64,000 bases of DNA. It comes from a virus. Its lineage: Duplodnaviria > Caudoviricetes. Positions 21,378 to 31,076 of this stretch are shown here, one piece after another. Position 1 is the stretch's first letter. Each line of letters opens with the position of its first letter. The stretch lies in IMG/VR virus record IMGVR_UViG_3300008259_002957; one strand, 5' to 3'. The notes beneath the pieces were generated by a model. It had not been told where the DNA came from. It made no database searches and worked only from the letters and a program-made list of their open reading frames with translations. Both the position numbers and the translations under genes were made by a program.

Positions 21378-24300
21378 TTAGAAACTGCCACCGTCTATTG
21401 TATCTGTCCAAATTGGAGTTGCATCTACATCACTGGTTACAGTTAATATTTGATAAGAAGTTGTAGCATCACTGGTACCTGCTGCGTCAGTTACTTGTAA
21501 CGGATCTGTGCCGTCGCCATAAACGATACCGTTGATGGTAAATGTACTTGCACCAGTGCCACCGTATTGAACTTCTAGGTTAATGTTTGTTAGTATCAAC
21601 GATCCGTCTACTGTTACGTTACCGTTAACTGTTCCGCCGGTTATTTTATTAAGATATCTGTTTTCAACATAATTTACAACTGCATTTTGTGTTGGAACAG
21701 TATCACTTGCTGCAACACCTGTACTGGCTATAAGATCAGTACTGTCACTAACTTCATTTAGAGTAACTCCAACCGGAATACCGTCTCTTTGGAATGGTCC
21801 AAGACTAGAAATACCTGATAAGTTAAGTTGGTTAGCATTTAGTGTAATAGCGCCAGTAAGAGCGTTAACATTAAAGTAATTACCTACTTCAAAGTTACCA
21901 ATTTGGTCAGAACTTGTCCAGAAAACTTTACCTGTATTAGTTTCAACAACTTGGTTTGCTTGTATTGGTGTGCCACCAAAGAATGGTAAAGCGTTATAGG
22001 TAATACCCGCACCTACATATTCAAACGCATGTCCTGCTGTCGAAATAGTGCTTACATTTTGCAAACTAGCAAGAGTATTTTCGAGTACAAAAACTACACC
22101 CGGGAATAATGATAGAATAGAAACGCCGCCGTATTCTAAGTTAAGATCAAAAATTGCTTCATCTTCGATGTTGTCTAAGTCTGCAAGTATCGTTATTCGT
22201 CTGTTGTTTAGATCTCCAGAATTTAATGTTTCGTAAGAATGACCTATTTCAGTTGGTAATGCTGCACCACCTATAACATCTGCAATTTTATTAATTAATA
22301 TTGACAATGTGTTGGCTGCATTTGTGCTGCCGCCAGGAGTAATAAGTGTTTGTGTAAGTGTAACACCTTCGCTAGGTGTAATTGCAATGTTTCTAGAAAC
22401 ATTGCTCATTACACTTGCTAGATGTTTATATGAAAACTCAGTTATATCTTCTTGACCTACAATAACAGCATTGCTATAATATGCTTCCATTGCACGTCTA
22501 GTTTGTAGATTTCCGCCATACATCATGTCGTATACTGCGGCATCAATAATATAACCAGTGTCTCTTTCACACTTTTCGATGTTATACGAAAATCCAATAA
22601 TGTTATTTGTAATATAATCAATTACCGACTGTTGTATGGTTTCGCTGCCGGTAAGCATGTTCGATGCAATTATTGTAATAGCAGAAGTAATCCAACTATA
22701 GTCAGGATCATCGTTTTGTGGAGTTGTTACAAGTCCACCGGTGATAGCATTAATTACAATATTAAATAGATCTGCTGATTCAGCACTTTCAGTTGATGTA
22801 CCAAATCCTGGAGTTAAAATCTGACTTTCTGGGTTGCCCGGAGTTTTAATAACTGCGGCACCTTCTATAACATCTGTTGCTACATCTCTTAATCTTTCGA
22901 GTGCATCAACAGTTTCAGTTTCTTGTCCAAGAATAGTAGAAGCACCATCATCAAAATATGCTCTAGCAGAAATTAGTGTACTTCTGTTACCACCGTATAA
23001 TAAATCGTGTGTTACACCGTCAATTATATAACCAGCATCTCTTCGGCACTTATCTTCGTCATACGATAACGAAGGATAATTTACATTAGTAAATGCTATT
23101 GTTTCTTCAACCAAGAACGTTCTGTTGTCTTGTAGTTGTCTTGCAGCGTCAATTCTTGCTTGACTTGCTGTTCCTGGTGCAGGAAATGTCATTCCTTCGC
23201 TAGGTAATACATCGTATTCAACAATGTTAAGAAGTGCATCCATGCTATCTCTAACTCTTGTTAGTGCAGTTGTGTTTGTTGCTGCAAAAGTTTCAAGTTC
23301 TGATTTTAGGAATCTCAATGCTAGTATTGTTGCCGGTAATTGTTCTGCATCTACTACACTAGCAGTTGCTCTTCTATATGCATTACCTGCAACAATTCCG
23401 TTGTGATTCGTTCCAAGACGCATGTCTCTTGCAACTGCATCAACAATTAATCCAACGTCACGTTTGCATTTTTCTCTATCGTATGTAAAGGATGGGTAAT
23501 TTGTTAATATGTAGGCAGTGACGTTTGTAGCAAAAGTATTTCTTTGTGCAAATATTGCATTAGCAGCACTTTGTATTGTACTAGCAGCCCATACGTAACT
23601 GGGGTATTCGATTTCAACTAGATTTGCAGTTGACCCATCTTCTAATACTTCGATAATATATCCAATTAATGTTGTTGCAGTGTCACCTTCAACACTGGTA
23701 CCATTGCCGCTGGAAAAGTCCTGTGATTCTGTGTTACCTGTTGTAACACTTACTGCAATACCTTGCACAACACTCAATACTACGTTTTGTAGACGTTGAT
23801 AAGCAGAAACTGTTGCTGTAGTTTCGCCAGCGCCTAATTGATTAATTGTTCCTACAAAATATGCGTCTGCGCTGGTTCTTGTTCCACTGTTACCACCGTA
23901 CAATATGTCATATGATAATGCGTCTACTATGTAACCAACATCTCTTGCACAACGATCAATATCATATACTAGTGTCGGAAATTCTTCAGCAATATATGCA
24001 ATAATTTCTGCAATAATAAATGCTCTGTTGGCTCTTAATTGATCTTTTGCATTTGTTCTTGATACTAATCCGCCGGTAGGCGAAGCAAACACAAGATCGT
24101 CTGCACTAGTACTATCACCCTGTTCGATAATCTCAAGTATTTCGTCCATTGCAGCATTTGCTCGAGAAAGAGCAGTAGCAACAGTATTGACAGCACTTAG
24201 TCCTGCAATCTGACTCTTTAAGTAAGTGAAACTGTCTAATGTTTGTGTTTTTTGTTTTAATTCAACATTTGCAGCATTTGCACGTAGATAGGCTTTTCCA

Positions 24301-26174
24301 GCAGTTACAGCATTAAAGTTTGTTCCTAGTGCAACGTCATAAGTTACTGCGGCAGTGATTAGTCTAACATCTCTTTCACACTTATCTTGATTGTAAGACA
24401 GATCTGTAAATTGTTCTGCAATGTACTTTGTTAATTCTTCAATAATAAAGTCTCTGTTTGCAACAATATTATCTTTTGCTGCAATAACACCCGAATCAAT
24501 AGTTACTAAATCATTGTACACAATATCAGGTGCGCTGGTACTATCACCTTGTTGTATTATATTAGTAATAATTGCAAAGCGTTCGATAATTTCGTAACGA
24601 GCAGTTTCGTTTGAAGGATCGCTATCAGGAATTCTTTCAAGCATTGCATCTCTAGCGGCTTCAATACCGTAGATTGTTGGTTCTAGTTGCTCTAGTAAAA
24701 CTTTTTGCGATGTTGATCTTAGATAACTTCTACCAGCAGCAATTGCTTGATAGTTTGTACCCATTACCATATCGCCAACCACTGCATCAACTATTCTTCT
24801 TACATCTCTGCGACATACAGATTCGTCGTAGATAAACGGTTGAACACTTGTAATAGTTTCGGTAATATAATATTTTGTATCATCACCTTCGAATTGTATA
24901 ACACTACCAACCTGAGGAACATCTCGTAAACTGTTTACTGTTATACTTCTATTTGTAGATAAGTTAACAGTTGCTTCTGCTAGAACAGTAAAGCCGCCGC
25001 CAACAAACGCAATGTTTGGAACACTAGTATATCCGCTACCAGCATTTTGTACAGAAACTGATGTAACTTTTCCGGTTGCAAGATCAATACTTGCTGTAGC
25101 AGTTGCTTGAACACCACCTGGTGTTTCAGGAAGATCAATTATCACTGTTGGAGCATTTACATATGATGCTCCTTGATTTGTAACTGTAACGCTAGCAACT
25201 GTTGAGAAATAATCTTGTACTGGTCTAGCAGTAGTATAGACTTCTTCAAATAATCCGTCAGCAATAAGTCCAAATGTACCAAAGTCGCTAACTGAGTTTG
25301 AAATTGATAGATAGCCACCGTTGGTGGTTAAGAACCCCGTACGACAAAAAACTGTAAAGCAACTAACAATCTGTGTATAACCAAAGTTGGTAATATGAAA
25401 ACCAATACCGCCTTGTGCAATTTGTGTAAACGCATCACATACCATTGAGAACACCAGTGATCGTTGATCGTATTCATTACCGTCAACAAGCATACCATTG
25501 CCGCCACCGGTTTCGTTTACACGCTTTCCTAGCGGAACATCCGGATTATTGATAATTGGTCTTGCACCCGGAGTAACGCCTTCGATCTGAACAGTTTCAA
25601 AAGGAACAAACTCAGTACCGTCGTTTAGCCAAGGTCCGTTAAGGTTAGAACAGTTTTGCACATATGGCGAAGTAGTAACTAATGCTCCAGGCTTAATTCT
25701 TACACACCAACCCGGATCTCTCAATCCTCTGAATGTAACTTGAAAAATATAGCAAGCATTATCTACAAAGAAGATGTCATCTTGATTGTTAAGTGGCCAA
25801 ATTTGTGTATTACGTAAACTATCGCCTCTAACAGTTTGACGCTCTTTTAATGTTATAGGATTGTTTTCATAGTAATCGCCAGGTGCTAGTTGAATTGTAG
25901 CACCCACCGGTGCTGCTTCGACAGCAGATTTAATAGTTCTTTTTGCTCTATCAGAACTTGACCCAAGTCCGTCGTTTGCATCATTGCCTTCTAGCGATAC
26001 ATAATATGTTAAACTGTTTGCAGGACCAGTTGCATTTCCTGTTACACGCAGGTCACCGTTAATTAAAACAGTTCCGTTTGTTGGAGTAATTTCAATAGAG
26101 CCGTCGCCTTTGATAATCAGCGAACGATCTTTGACTTTTCTTTCGTGTAAGTTTTGTTCTTTAATATATTTCAT
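21378..26174 (-). CDS. Large virion structural protein (1598 aa) with six helical Y-x3-C-x-RD repeats
   Basis: YYVSLEGND..G..RTIKSA N-terminal motif, six repeats such as FTYDREKCKRDVGLIVDAV, and a GHAFEYVGAG motif shared with the tail fibre. This architecture is seen in T4-like cyanophage structural proteins. Confidence 0.7.
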   Translation of the reverse strand: MKYIKEQNLHERKVKDRSLIIKGDGSIEITPTNGTVLINGDLRVTGNATGPANSLTYYVSLEGNDANDGLGSSSDRAKRTIKSAVEAAPVGATIQLAPGDYYENNPITLKERQTVRGDSLRNTQIWPLNNQDDIFFVDNACYIFQVTFRGLRDPGWCVRIKPGALVTTSPYVQNCSNLNGPWLNDGTEFVPFETVQIEGVTPGARPIINNPDVPLGKRVNETGGGNGMLVDGNEYDQRSLVFSMVCDAFTQIAQGGIGFHITNFGYTQIVSCFTVFCRTGFLTTNGGYLSISNSVSDFGTFGLIADGLFEEVYTTARPVQDYFSTVASVTVTNQGASYVNAPTVIIDLPETPGGVQATATASIDLATGKVTSVSVQNAGSGYTSVPNIAFVGGGFTVLAEATVNLSTNRSITVNSLRDVPQVGSVIQFEGDDTKYYITETITSVQPFIYDESVCRRDVRRIVDAVVGDMVMGTNYQAIAAGRSYLRSTSQKVLLEQLEPTIYGIEAARDAMLERIPDSDPSNETARYEIIERFAIITNIIQQGDSTSAPDIVYNDLVTIDSGVIAAKDNIVANRDFIIEELTKYIAEQFTDLSYNQDKCERDVRLITAAVTYDVALGTNFNAVTAGKAYLRANAANVELKQKTQTLDSFTYLKSQIAGLSAVNTVATALSRANAAMDEILEIIEQGDSTSADDLVFASPTGGLVSRTNAKDQLRANRAFIIAEIIAYIAEEFPTLVYDIDRCARDVGYIVDALSYDILYGGNSGTRTSADAYFVGTINQLGAGETTATVSAYQRLQNVVLSVVQGIAVSVTTGNTESQDFSSGNGTSVEGDTATTLIGYIIEVLEDGSTANLVEIEYPSYVWAASTIQSAANAIFAQRNTFATNVTAYILTNYPSFTYDREKCKRDVGLIVDAVARDMRLGTNHNGIVAGNAYRRATASVVDAEQLPATILALRFLKSELETFAATNTTALTRVRDSMDALLNIVEYDVLPSEGMTFPAPGTASQARIDAARQLQDNRTFLVEETIAFTNVNYPSLSYDEDKCRRDAGYIIDGVTHDLLYGGNRSTLISARAYFDDGASTILGQETETVDALERLRDVATDVIEGAAVIKTPGNPESQILTPGFGTSTESAESADLFNIVINAITGGLVTTPQNDDPDYSWITSAITIIASNMLTGSETIQQSVIDYITNNIIGFSYNIEKCERDTGYIIDAAVYDMMYGGNLQTRRAMEAYYSNAVIVGQEDITEFSYKHLASVMSNVSRNIAITPSEGVTLTQTLITPGGSTNAANTLSILINKIADVIGGAALPTEIGHSYETLNSGDLNNRRITILADLDNIEDEAIFDLNLEYGGVSILSLFPGVVFVLENTLASLQNVSTISTAGHAFEYVGAGITYNALPFFGGTPIQANQVVETNTGKVFWTSSDQIGNFEVGNYFNVNALTGAITLNANQLNLSGISSLGPFQRDGIPVGVTLNEVSDSTDLIASTGVAASDTVPTQNAVVNYVENRYLNKITGGTVNGNVTVDGSLILTNINLEVQYGGTGASTFTINGIVYGDGTDPLQVTDAAGTSDATTSYQILTVTSDVDATPIWTDTIDGGSF

Positions 26175-26503
26175 TATACTTCCAGGTAGCTAATTGTTGC
26201 ACTTAATTTGTCTGAGTCAGGGCTGATTAAGAGAACTCTGTCTCCGCCTTCTAGAATTAGTCTTTCAACACTAAATGTAAATGTTTCCTGTGCAGGCATT
26301 GATACATTGTTAAGAATTTTATTAGCATTGCTTTTAGTGCCGCTGCCAAGTATAACATGCATGTCAAACGAACTATCGTAGATAGAGTTTGTACTGGTTG
26401 AGTAGTTGCATACTAACAAAGTAGTTATAGCATATTTTTCGCCTGCTGGTACAGTTAGTATTATTGTATCTGTTTCTTGAATTAATGCACTTGTAATTGC
26501 CAT
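26174..26503 (-). CDS. Small hypothetical virion protein (beta-rich)
   Basis: Open frame with AAGGA SD. The stop overlaps the next start within a structural operon. Confidence 0.7.
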   Translation of the reverse strand: MAITSALIQETDTIILTVPAGEKYAITTLLVCNYSTSTNSIYDSSFDMHVILGSGTKSNANKILNNVSMPAQETFTFSVERLILEGGDRVLLISPDSDKLSATISYLEV

Positions 26504-26515
26504 CTTGTTATTTCC

Positions 26516-27568
26516 TTAAAATATAATACTATACAATAATGCTTTGTTTCTGCTTATGATTTCATCTCTAGTAGAATTTTCATTTACAAAATATAAGCCT
26601 GTTCCGCCATCTGCTTCAACTTTAGAATAAAGTTTAACACCGTCTGCAGGAGCAATTGGATCGGAACTTTTTGTAAAAAGCAATGTCTCAGGAATTTGCA
26701 CTGATCCTGTTCCATTACCAGACAATACTAGATCTTCGTTTGTTGATAGTACCGAAATTGTGTTGTCAGAAACTACAACATCTTCGATGTTTGTTTGATC
26801 TTCAAAAACTTCAACAACTGTGATATTGTTAATCTTAATAGCAGTCTTGCTAACTGGATCGCCGGCACTGGTATCAAACACTTCAACTTCTGTATCACCT
26901 TCGGATATTTTTTGTTGAAAGTTATAAAGATGATAAGTTCTTACATAGTCAACTAAAAGTTTTACGTTAGGAAGTGCATCATCATCAGAGGGTGTTGCTA
27001 ACTTATCAGGATTCGATCCATTAAATGTAATGTTGCTTCCTGTATAAGCATAAATGTTCTTTTCGTATTCATTGGTTCCAGTTACAGTAACAACGGCATT
27101 ATTTGTTCCGCCAACAGTTGGACCATATCCTAATAATATAAGATCATTGTTACCAGTTGTACCGACATAGTTTGTGTACAACCCAACTAGTGCATTTGTA
27201 TCTTTTTGTAAAACAAATGCACCGTCGGTATGTGTACCGGTTTGAGAATCTAAAAATCCTTTGGTTTCCTGAAAGAAGAATTCTCCATTGGGTAAAGTTC
27301 CTCTATCAAAAATTATACCGGCTTCTTTATCACTCGGAGTTACAGAGGCGGCGCCTATGCCGCCTCCGGTTTCGCCGTTGTTTACAGTGATGGTTTTGTC
27401 TGTTATTAATAAATCTTGAACTTCAAATGATGAAGTTTCGCCGCTTACATTTAGATTACCATTAATTAATACCGTACCGCTGCCGACGTCAAACTCAATT
27501 ACGCCGCCGCTGTTGATTGAATTTCTTAATAGATCTACACCGTAGTTATTAACTTTAGACTTGGCCAT
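26516..27568 (-). CDS. Hypothetical virion structural protein
   Basis: Fibre-like motifs (INGNLNVSG, ITDKTITVNNGE, AGIIFDRG, LVLSGNGTGSV). GGAG SD. Confidence 0.7.
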   Translation of the reverse strand: MAKSKVNNYGVDLLRNSINSGGVIEFDVGSGTVLINGNLNVSGETSSFEVQDLLITDKTITVNNGETGGGIGAASVTPSDKEAGIIFDRGTLPNGEFFFQETKGFLDSQTGTHTDGAFVLQKDTNALVGLYTNYVGTTGNNDLILLGYGPTVGGTNNAVVTVTGTNEYEKNIYAYTGSNITFNGSNPDKLATPSDDDALPNVKLLVDYVRTYHLYNFQQKISEGDTEVEVFDTSAGDPVSKTAIKINNITVVEVFEDQTNIEDVVVSDNTISVLSTNEDLVLSGNGTGSVQIPETLLFTKSSDPIAPADGVKLYSKVEADGGTGLYFVNENSTRDEIISRNKALLYSIIF

Positions 27569-27580
27569 CTTAAACTCCTA

Positions 27581-28054
27581 TTAGATAGCAGTCAACATGA
27601 TGATATTTGCAGTTGAATCGTTATCTACATACCATGAGTAAGCATTTCCACTAAAGTCGTATGCTCTTCTTTTAGTAATTCTTTGTAAATAAATTGGTGA
27701 ACCGTCGGCAGTAATAAAGCCTTGTAGTACCATTTCGCCTTCTGCTAATACCGAACTGTCGTCGTCGTTGACTAATTTACAAATGCCGTCGCCGTTGTCA
27801 GTTCTTACTTTAAATTTTCTAGAACCTTTTTGTGATAGAATGTACGGACCAGATCCTGTTCCCATACTGTCCATAGGTTGACCAGTAATACGTGCTTTGT
27901 AAACTGGAATGTTATAACCTTTGTTCCAGTTTTGTGCTTGTGATGTTAGTGTACGGCCCTGTGGGTCAGCACCATCTGCTGACCATGTATCTCCCGATGC
28001 TGGTGTTGTTGCATCTGTAGGACCGAATAATTTTCTTGGTAGTGGACGTCCCAT
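27581..28054 (-). CDS. Hypothetical late protein (MGRPL...)
   Basis: Strong AAGGAG SD and an upstream TAAATA box. First gene of the structural operon that ends with the 1598-aa protein. Confidence 0.75.
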   Translation of the reverse strand: MGRPLPRKLFGPTDATTPASGDTWSADGADPQGRTLTSQAQNWNKGYNIPVYKARITGQPMDSMGTGSGPYILSQKGSRKFKVRTDNGDGICKLVNDDDSSVLAEGEMVLQGFITADGSPIYLQRITKRRAYDFSGNAYSWYVDNDSTANIIMLTAI

Positions 28055-28070
28055 TGTTTTCTCCTTAATT

Positions 28071-28124
28071 GACGTTCTAGGTCTACGCGGCGGGTTTCCG
28101 CATAAAGTATGCTGTAAGGCACAC
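28071..28124 (-). promoter_or_regulatory. Structured 5' leader with three hairpins between late promoter (TAAATA 28141-28136) and SD
   Basis: GUGUGC-CUUACA-GCAUAC, UAUGCGG-AAACCCG-CCGCGUA and GAC-CUAGAAC-GUC in series. Confidence 0.45.
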
Positions 28125-28172
28125 TCTTGACATAGTATTTATCAAATAAGAAGAAATGGGTTATATACCCAT

Positions 28173-28196
28173 AAAAAAATCCGCACCAGGCGGATT
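28173..28196 (-). terminator. Rho-independent terminator after the 90-aa gene
   Basis: AATCCGC-CTGGT-GCGGATT followed by a T run on the minus strand. Overlaps the stop codon. Confidence 0.75.
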
Positions 28197-28467
28197 ATTT
28201 TGATAGTGTTGCTAAAAACTCTAATTTTGATATTTTTTTAAACATCTGCTCGGCCTCTTGCTTTATTTGTTCTGCTCGTGCAAGACTGCCAACAGATCGT
28301 TTTTGAAAATGTTGTTGCATATTCTTTTGATACTGAATATGCATAGTTTCAAAAGTTTTTTGAACTTTGTAAATTTGCGGAGCGTAACTACGATGTTTAC
28401 GACGCCATTGTTTTAGAGTATCAATGATATCATTCCAAAACGTATCTTGTTCCACGGTAGCCCTCAC
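28195..28467 (-). CDS. Hypothetical helical protein (90 aa)
   Basis: Open frame with GTG start, its own sigma70-type promoter and a terminator. Confidence 0.6.
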   Translation of the reverse strand: MRATVEQDTFWNDIIDTLKQWRRKHRSYAPQIYKVQKTFETMHIQYQKNMQQHFQKRSVGSLARAEQIKQEAEQMFKKISKLEFLATLSK

Positions 28468-28490
28468 TCTACTGTTTGGTGCAGATACTG

Positions 28491-28519
28491 TTTATAATAC
28501 TCTTTTTTGTCTTTGTCAA
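28491..28519 (-). promoter_or_regulatory. sigma70-type promoter TTGACA-N17-TATAAA
   Basis: TTGACA at 28519-28514, 17-nt spacer, then TATAAA, upstream of the 90-aa gene. Confidence 0.65.
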
Positions 28520-28526
28520 GTAATTT

Positions 28527-28715
28527 TTAAATTTTTTCTATATTGTATGCGTATTTTCTATTATTTTTTTCATACTGTTCGTAGGTTACACGATCAGATA
28601 AAAGAAAATCGTATTCTCGTTTATCAAAAAGTATGTCGCCTGCAAAACTTCCATATCGATCCGGTTTAATATACCCATGAGTTTTAGAAAATTTATAAAT
28701 TGTACCAGTGAACAT
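28527..28715 (-). CDS. Cold-shock-domain-like small protein
   Basis: 62 aa. MFTGTIYKFSKTHGYIKP...DILF...DRVTYE...AYNI follows the CspA OB-fold pattern with degenerate RNP1/RNP2. AGGAG SD and TAAATA at 28739-28734. Confidence 0.65.
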   Translation of the reverse strand: MFTGTIYKFSKTHGYIKPDRYGSFAGDILFDKREYDFLLSDRVTYEQYEKNNRKYAYNIEKI

Positions 28716-28741
28716 ACTTTTCTCCTTTAGAATATTTATCC

Positions 28742-28772
28742 AAAAAAATAGGCCCCGTAGGGCCTATTTTTT
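28742..28772 (-). terminator. Bidirectional intrinsic terminator after the major capsid gene
   Basis: A-run ATAGGCCC-CGTA-GGGCCTAT T-run. On the minus strand the loop is the stable C(UACG)G tetraloop. Confidence 0.9.
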
Positions 28773-28787
28773 CTATTTCTTCAACTA

Positions 28788-29966
28788 TTAGCTGAATGAT
28801 AGGTTAGCAGTTGTTACACCAACAACACCTAGGTAGTCCGCTGCGTTACCAAGAGATGACGCTGCGTTAGTTAGTTCTACATAACCGTAACGAGTCATGA
28901 AGCTAACTACTGGTTCGAATGTTGACGGATCAAGAACAACACCACTGCTCATCAACGGAATGTATGGGCAATAGAAAGCGGCTGCGTCTGATTCTGAAGA
29001 ACCTTTGTAACCGATTAGAACGTTGTCGCTTGAAGCATATGTGTTAACATAAACCTTCATTGCGTTGTTTAGTGTACCAACTAGTTTAGTGTTAGTTGGG
29101 GCTTCGAAAGTACCTTCGGTAGTACGAGCGAAAGCACTAGTAGTTGCACTCTGTAGAAGAGTTAGAACAGTTGGTGAAACAACTGCCCAGTTACCAGCAC
29201 CACGACGTGTACGCTGAGCGATCAAGTTTGAAACACGGTTGATTTGAACTGCTAGAGCAGCATGTTCGTCACCAACGAATGTAGCAGTACCGCTAACAGC
29301 AGCCTGGTCGTATGTTTCAACGGCACTACCTGCAAGGGTAGTCAAGCTACGGATAACTTCTTGGTCGATTTCAGCAGTAATTTCTTGAGCAAGAGCAGCC
29401 ATGATTTCGGCTTCAACGTCGATGCCGTGCATTGCTTGTGCATCTTGTGCAGCCTCAAATGTCCAGCGAGCGCTTAGCTTTCTTGACTTTGCTTCTACAG
29501 TTTGCTTCAAGATTTGGATACTTAGTCTGTTTCCAGCAGTACCTTCAAGAACAGCAGTGTTAGCAGCTCTATCAGCACCGGAAACGTTACCTGAGTAACC
29601 TTCTGCGATCTTGAATGGGCTTAGTGCTTCTTCACCAGCAGTTACGTTACCACCTGCGCTACCAGTGAACGAATCACTGTAACGTACTCTTAGAGTGTGG
29701 ATTTGACCAACTGGACCAGTCATTGGCTGAACGCCGACCAGTTCGTTAGCGATAACAGTTGGCATAACACGACGGATAACCGGTAGAATGACTCTGTTTA
29801 GTGTTGCGATATTACCAGCAGAAGTAGCACCAGCAGTTGCACTTTCTGAGAGATACTTACGAGTATTCTCCAGAGTAGTAGCCATAACTGCTTTTTTGTT
29901 GCCTTGTAGGCCTTCAAGAAGGGCTGTTTTTGTCTCCTGCCAGCGACTTTCTAGTAGTTCTGACAT
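28788..29966 (-). CDS. gp23: Major capsid protein (T4 gp23-like)
   Basis: LPVIRRVMP..IA..LVGVQPMTGPVGQI, VEAKSRKL.A.WT.E.AQD..A.HG.D.EAE, FYCPYIPL, TRYG motifs. Confidence 0.97.
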   Translation of the reverse strand: MSELLESRWQETKTALLEGLQGNKKAVMATTLENTRKYLSESATAGATSAGNIATLNRVILPVIRRVMPTVIANELVGVQPMTGPVGQIHTLRVRYSDSFTGSAGGNVTAGEEALSPFKIAEGYSGNVSGADRAANTAVLEGTAGNRLSIQILKQTVEAKSRKLSARWTFEAAQDAQAMHGIDVEAEIMAALAQEITAEIDQEVIRSLTTLAGSAVETYDQAAVSGTATFVGDEHAALAVQINRVSNLIAQRTRRGAGNWAVVSPTVLTLLQSATTSAFARTTEGTFEAPTNTKLVGTLNNAMKVYVNTYASSDNVLIGYKGSSESDAAAFYCPYIPLMSSGVVLDPSTFEPVVSFMTRYGYVELTNAASSLGNAADYLGVVGVTTANLSFS

Positions 29967-29976
29967 AATTTTCTCC

Positions 29977-31065
29977 TTATTTCAATCCTGCTAAACGCTT
30001 AATGTCGAAGACATTACTGTCGCTAGCTTGTTTAATCGAACTATTTTCTCTATTGCCTGTGATTTCTTTGCCTTCTGATAATACTGCCTTCTGCTTTGCT
30101 GGAGACTTACCGTCAATAACTGCCGGTATATACTTTTCAAACGCAGAACGTAGTCTACTTGTTTGAACACTTTCCAGTAAATCTGTCATAATTGCACGTT
30201 GATCTTTGCTCAATGGAGCAACTAACTCGTTCATTACTTTTTCTCTTTCGCGTGACTCTGCAAGACGCTTTACTTCAGCACCTTTTGATTCAGCAATTTG
30301 TACTGCCTTGGCAGTAAGTTTTTTTGCTTCAGCAAGTTGCTTGTCTTTTGCTTCGAGAACTTTTAATAGCTTTTTAGATTCTGATTTTTCATTTAGGTGT
30401 GAATTCAAGTATTCAGAACTAAATGCTTCAAAAACCTTACGACCAAAGTCGTTCTTACGAGCTACTTCAATATCTTCCTTCAACTGATGAATTTCAGACT
30501 TGAGTCCTTTTTCAACAGTTTCAGCAACTAGTTTTGTGGTTCTTTCGATAAAGGTTTGTTTAACTTTAGCGAAGTGTGCTTTAGCCTCACGTACAAGACG
30601 TACTTTTGTTTCGGCTAAATCTTTTTTATCTTCTTGGAATTCTGCAAGTTCTTTTGCAAGTTGTTCAACAATAAATTCTTCGAGTACAGCAAATTTCTTT
30701 GCCATTTCTTTTTGATCTTCGTGTAACTCAGAAACTTCCTTAGCTAGAGATTCTGCTACAAACTTCTTTACTAGTTTTGTATTTTCTCTCATTGCTACAG
30801 CATAACGTGCTTTGGCTTCTGCTAGTTGCTTGCGATCTTCGTGGAACTCTGTCATCTCTTCAGACAACTTCTCTCCAATCAATGCGTCAATAGCCTCAAC
30901 CATAACACTCTTGTCGTGCTCGTATTTCTGTGCAAATTCTTCACGAAGTTCTGCGGTAACAGCAATTCGATTTTCGCGAATCTTTGTGTCCCAAGCCTCT
31001 TGAATTTCTGTTTTCATTTGCTCAGTAATTGCATCACTCTCTAAAAGGGCTCTTAATGTATCCAT
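29977..31065 (-). CDS. gp22: Prohead scaffolding protein (T4 gp22-like)
   Basis: Long Glu/Lys/Ala coiled coil between the protease and capsid genes. Confidence 0.85.
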   Translation of the reverse strand: MDTLRALLESDAITEQMKTEIQEAWDTKIRENRIAVTAELREEFAQKYEHDKSVMVEAIDALIGEKLSEEMTEFHEDRKQLAEAKARYAVAMRENTKLVKKFVAESLAKEVSELHEDQKEMAKKFAVLEEFIVEQLAKELAEFQEDKKDLAETKVRLVREAKAHFAKVKQTFIERTTKLVAETVEKGLKSEIHQLKEDIEVARKNDFGRKVFEAFSSEYLNSHLNEKSESKKLLKVLEAKDKQLAEAKKLTAKAVQIAESKGAEVKRLAESREREKVMNELVAPLSKDQRAIMTDLLESVQTSRLRSAFEKYIPAVIDGKSPAKQKAVLSEGKEITGNRENSSIKQASDSNVFDIKRLAGLK

Positions 31066-31076
31066 AATATTCTCCT

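Noticed and set aside
13079-26174. Diversity-generating retroelement or invertible tail-fibre cassette
   Set aside because: No reverse transcriptase or invertase in the window, and no near-identical template/variable repeat pair differing at adenines was seen.
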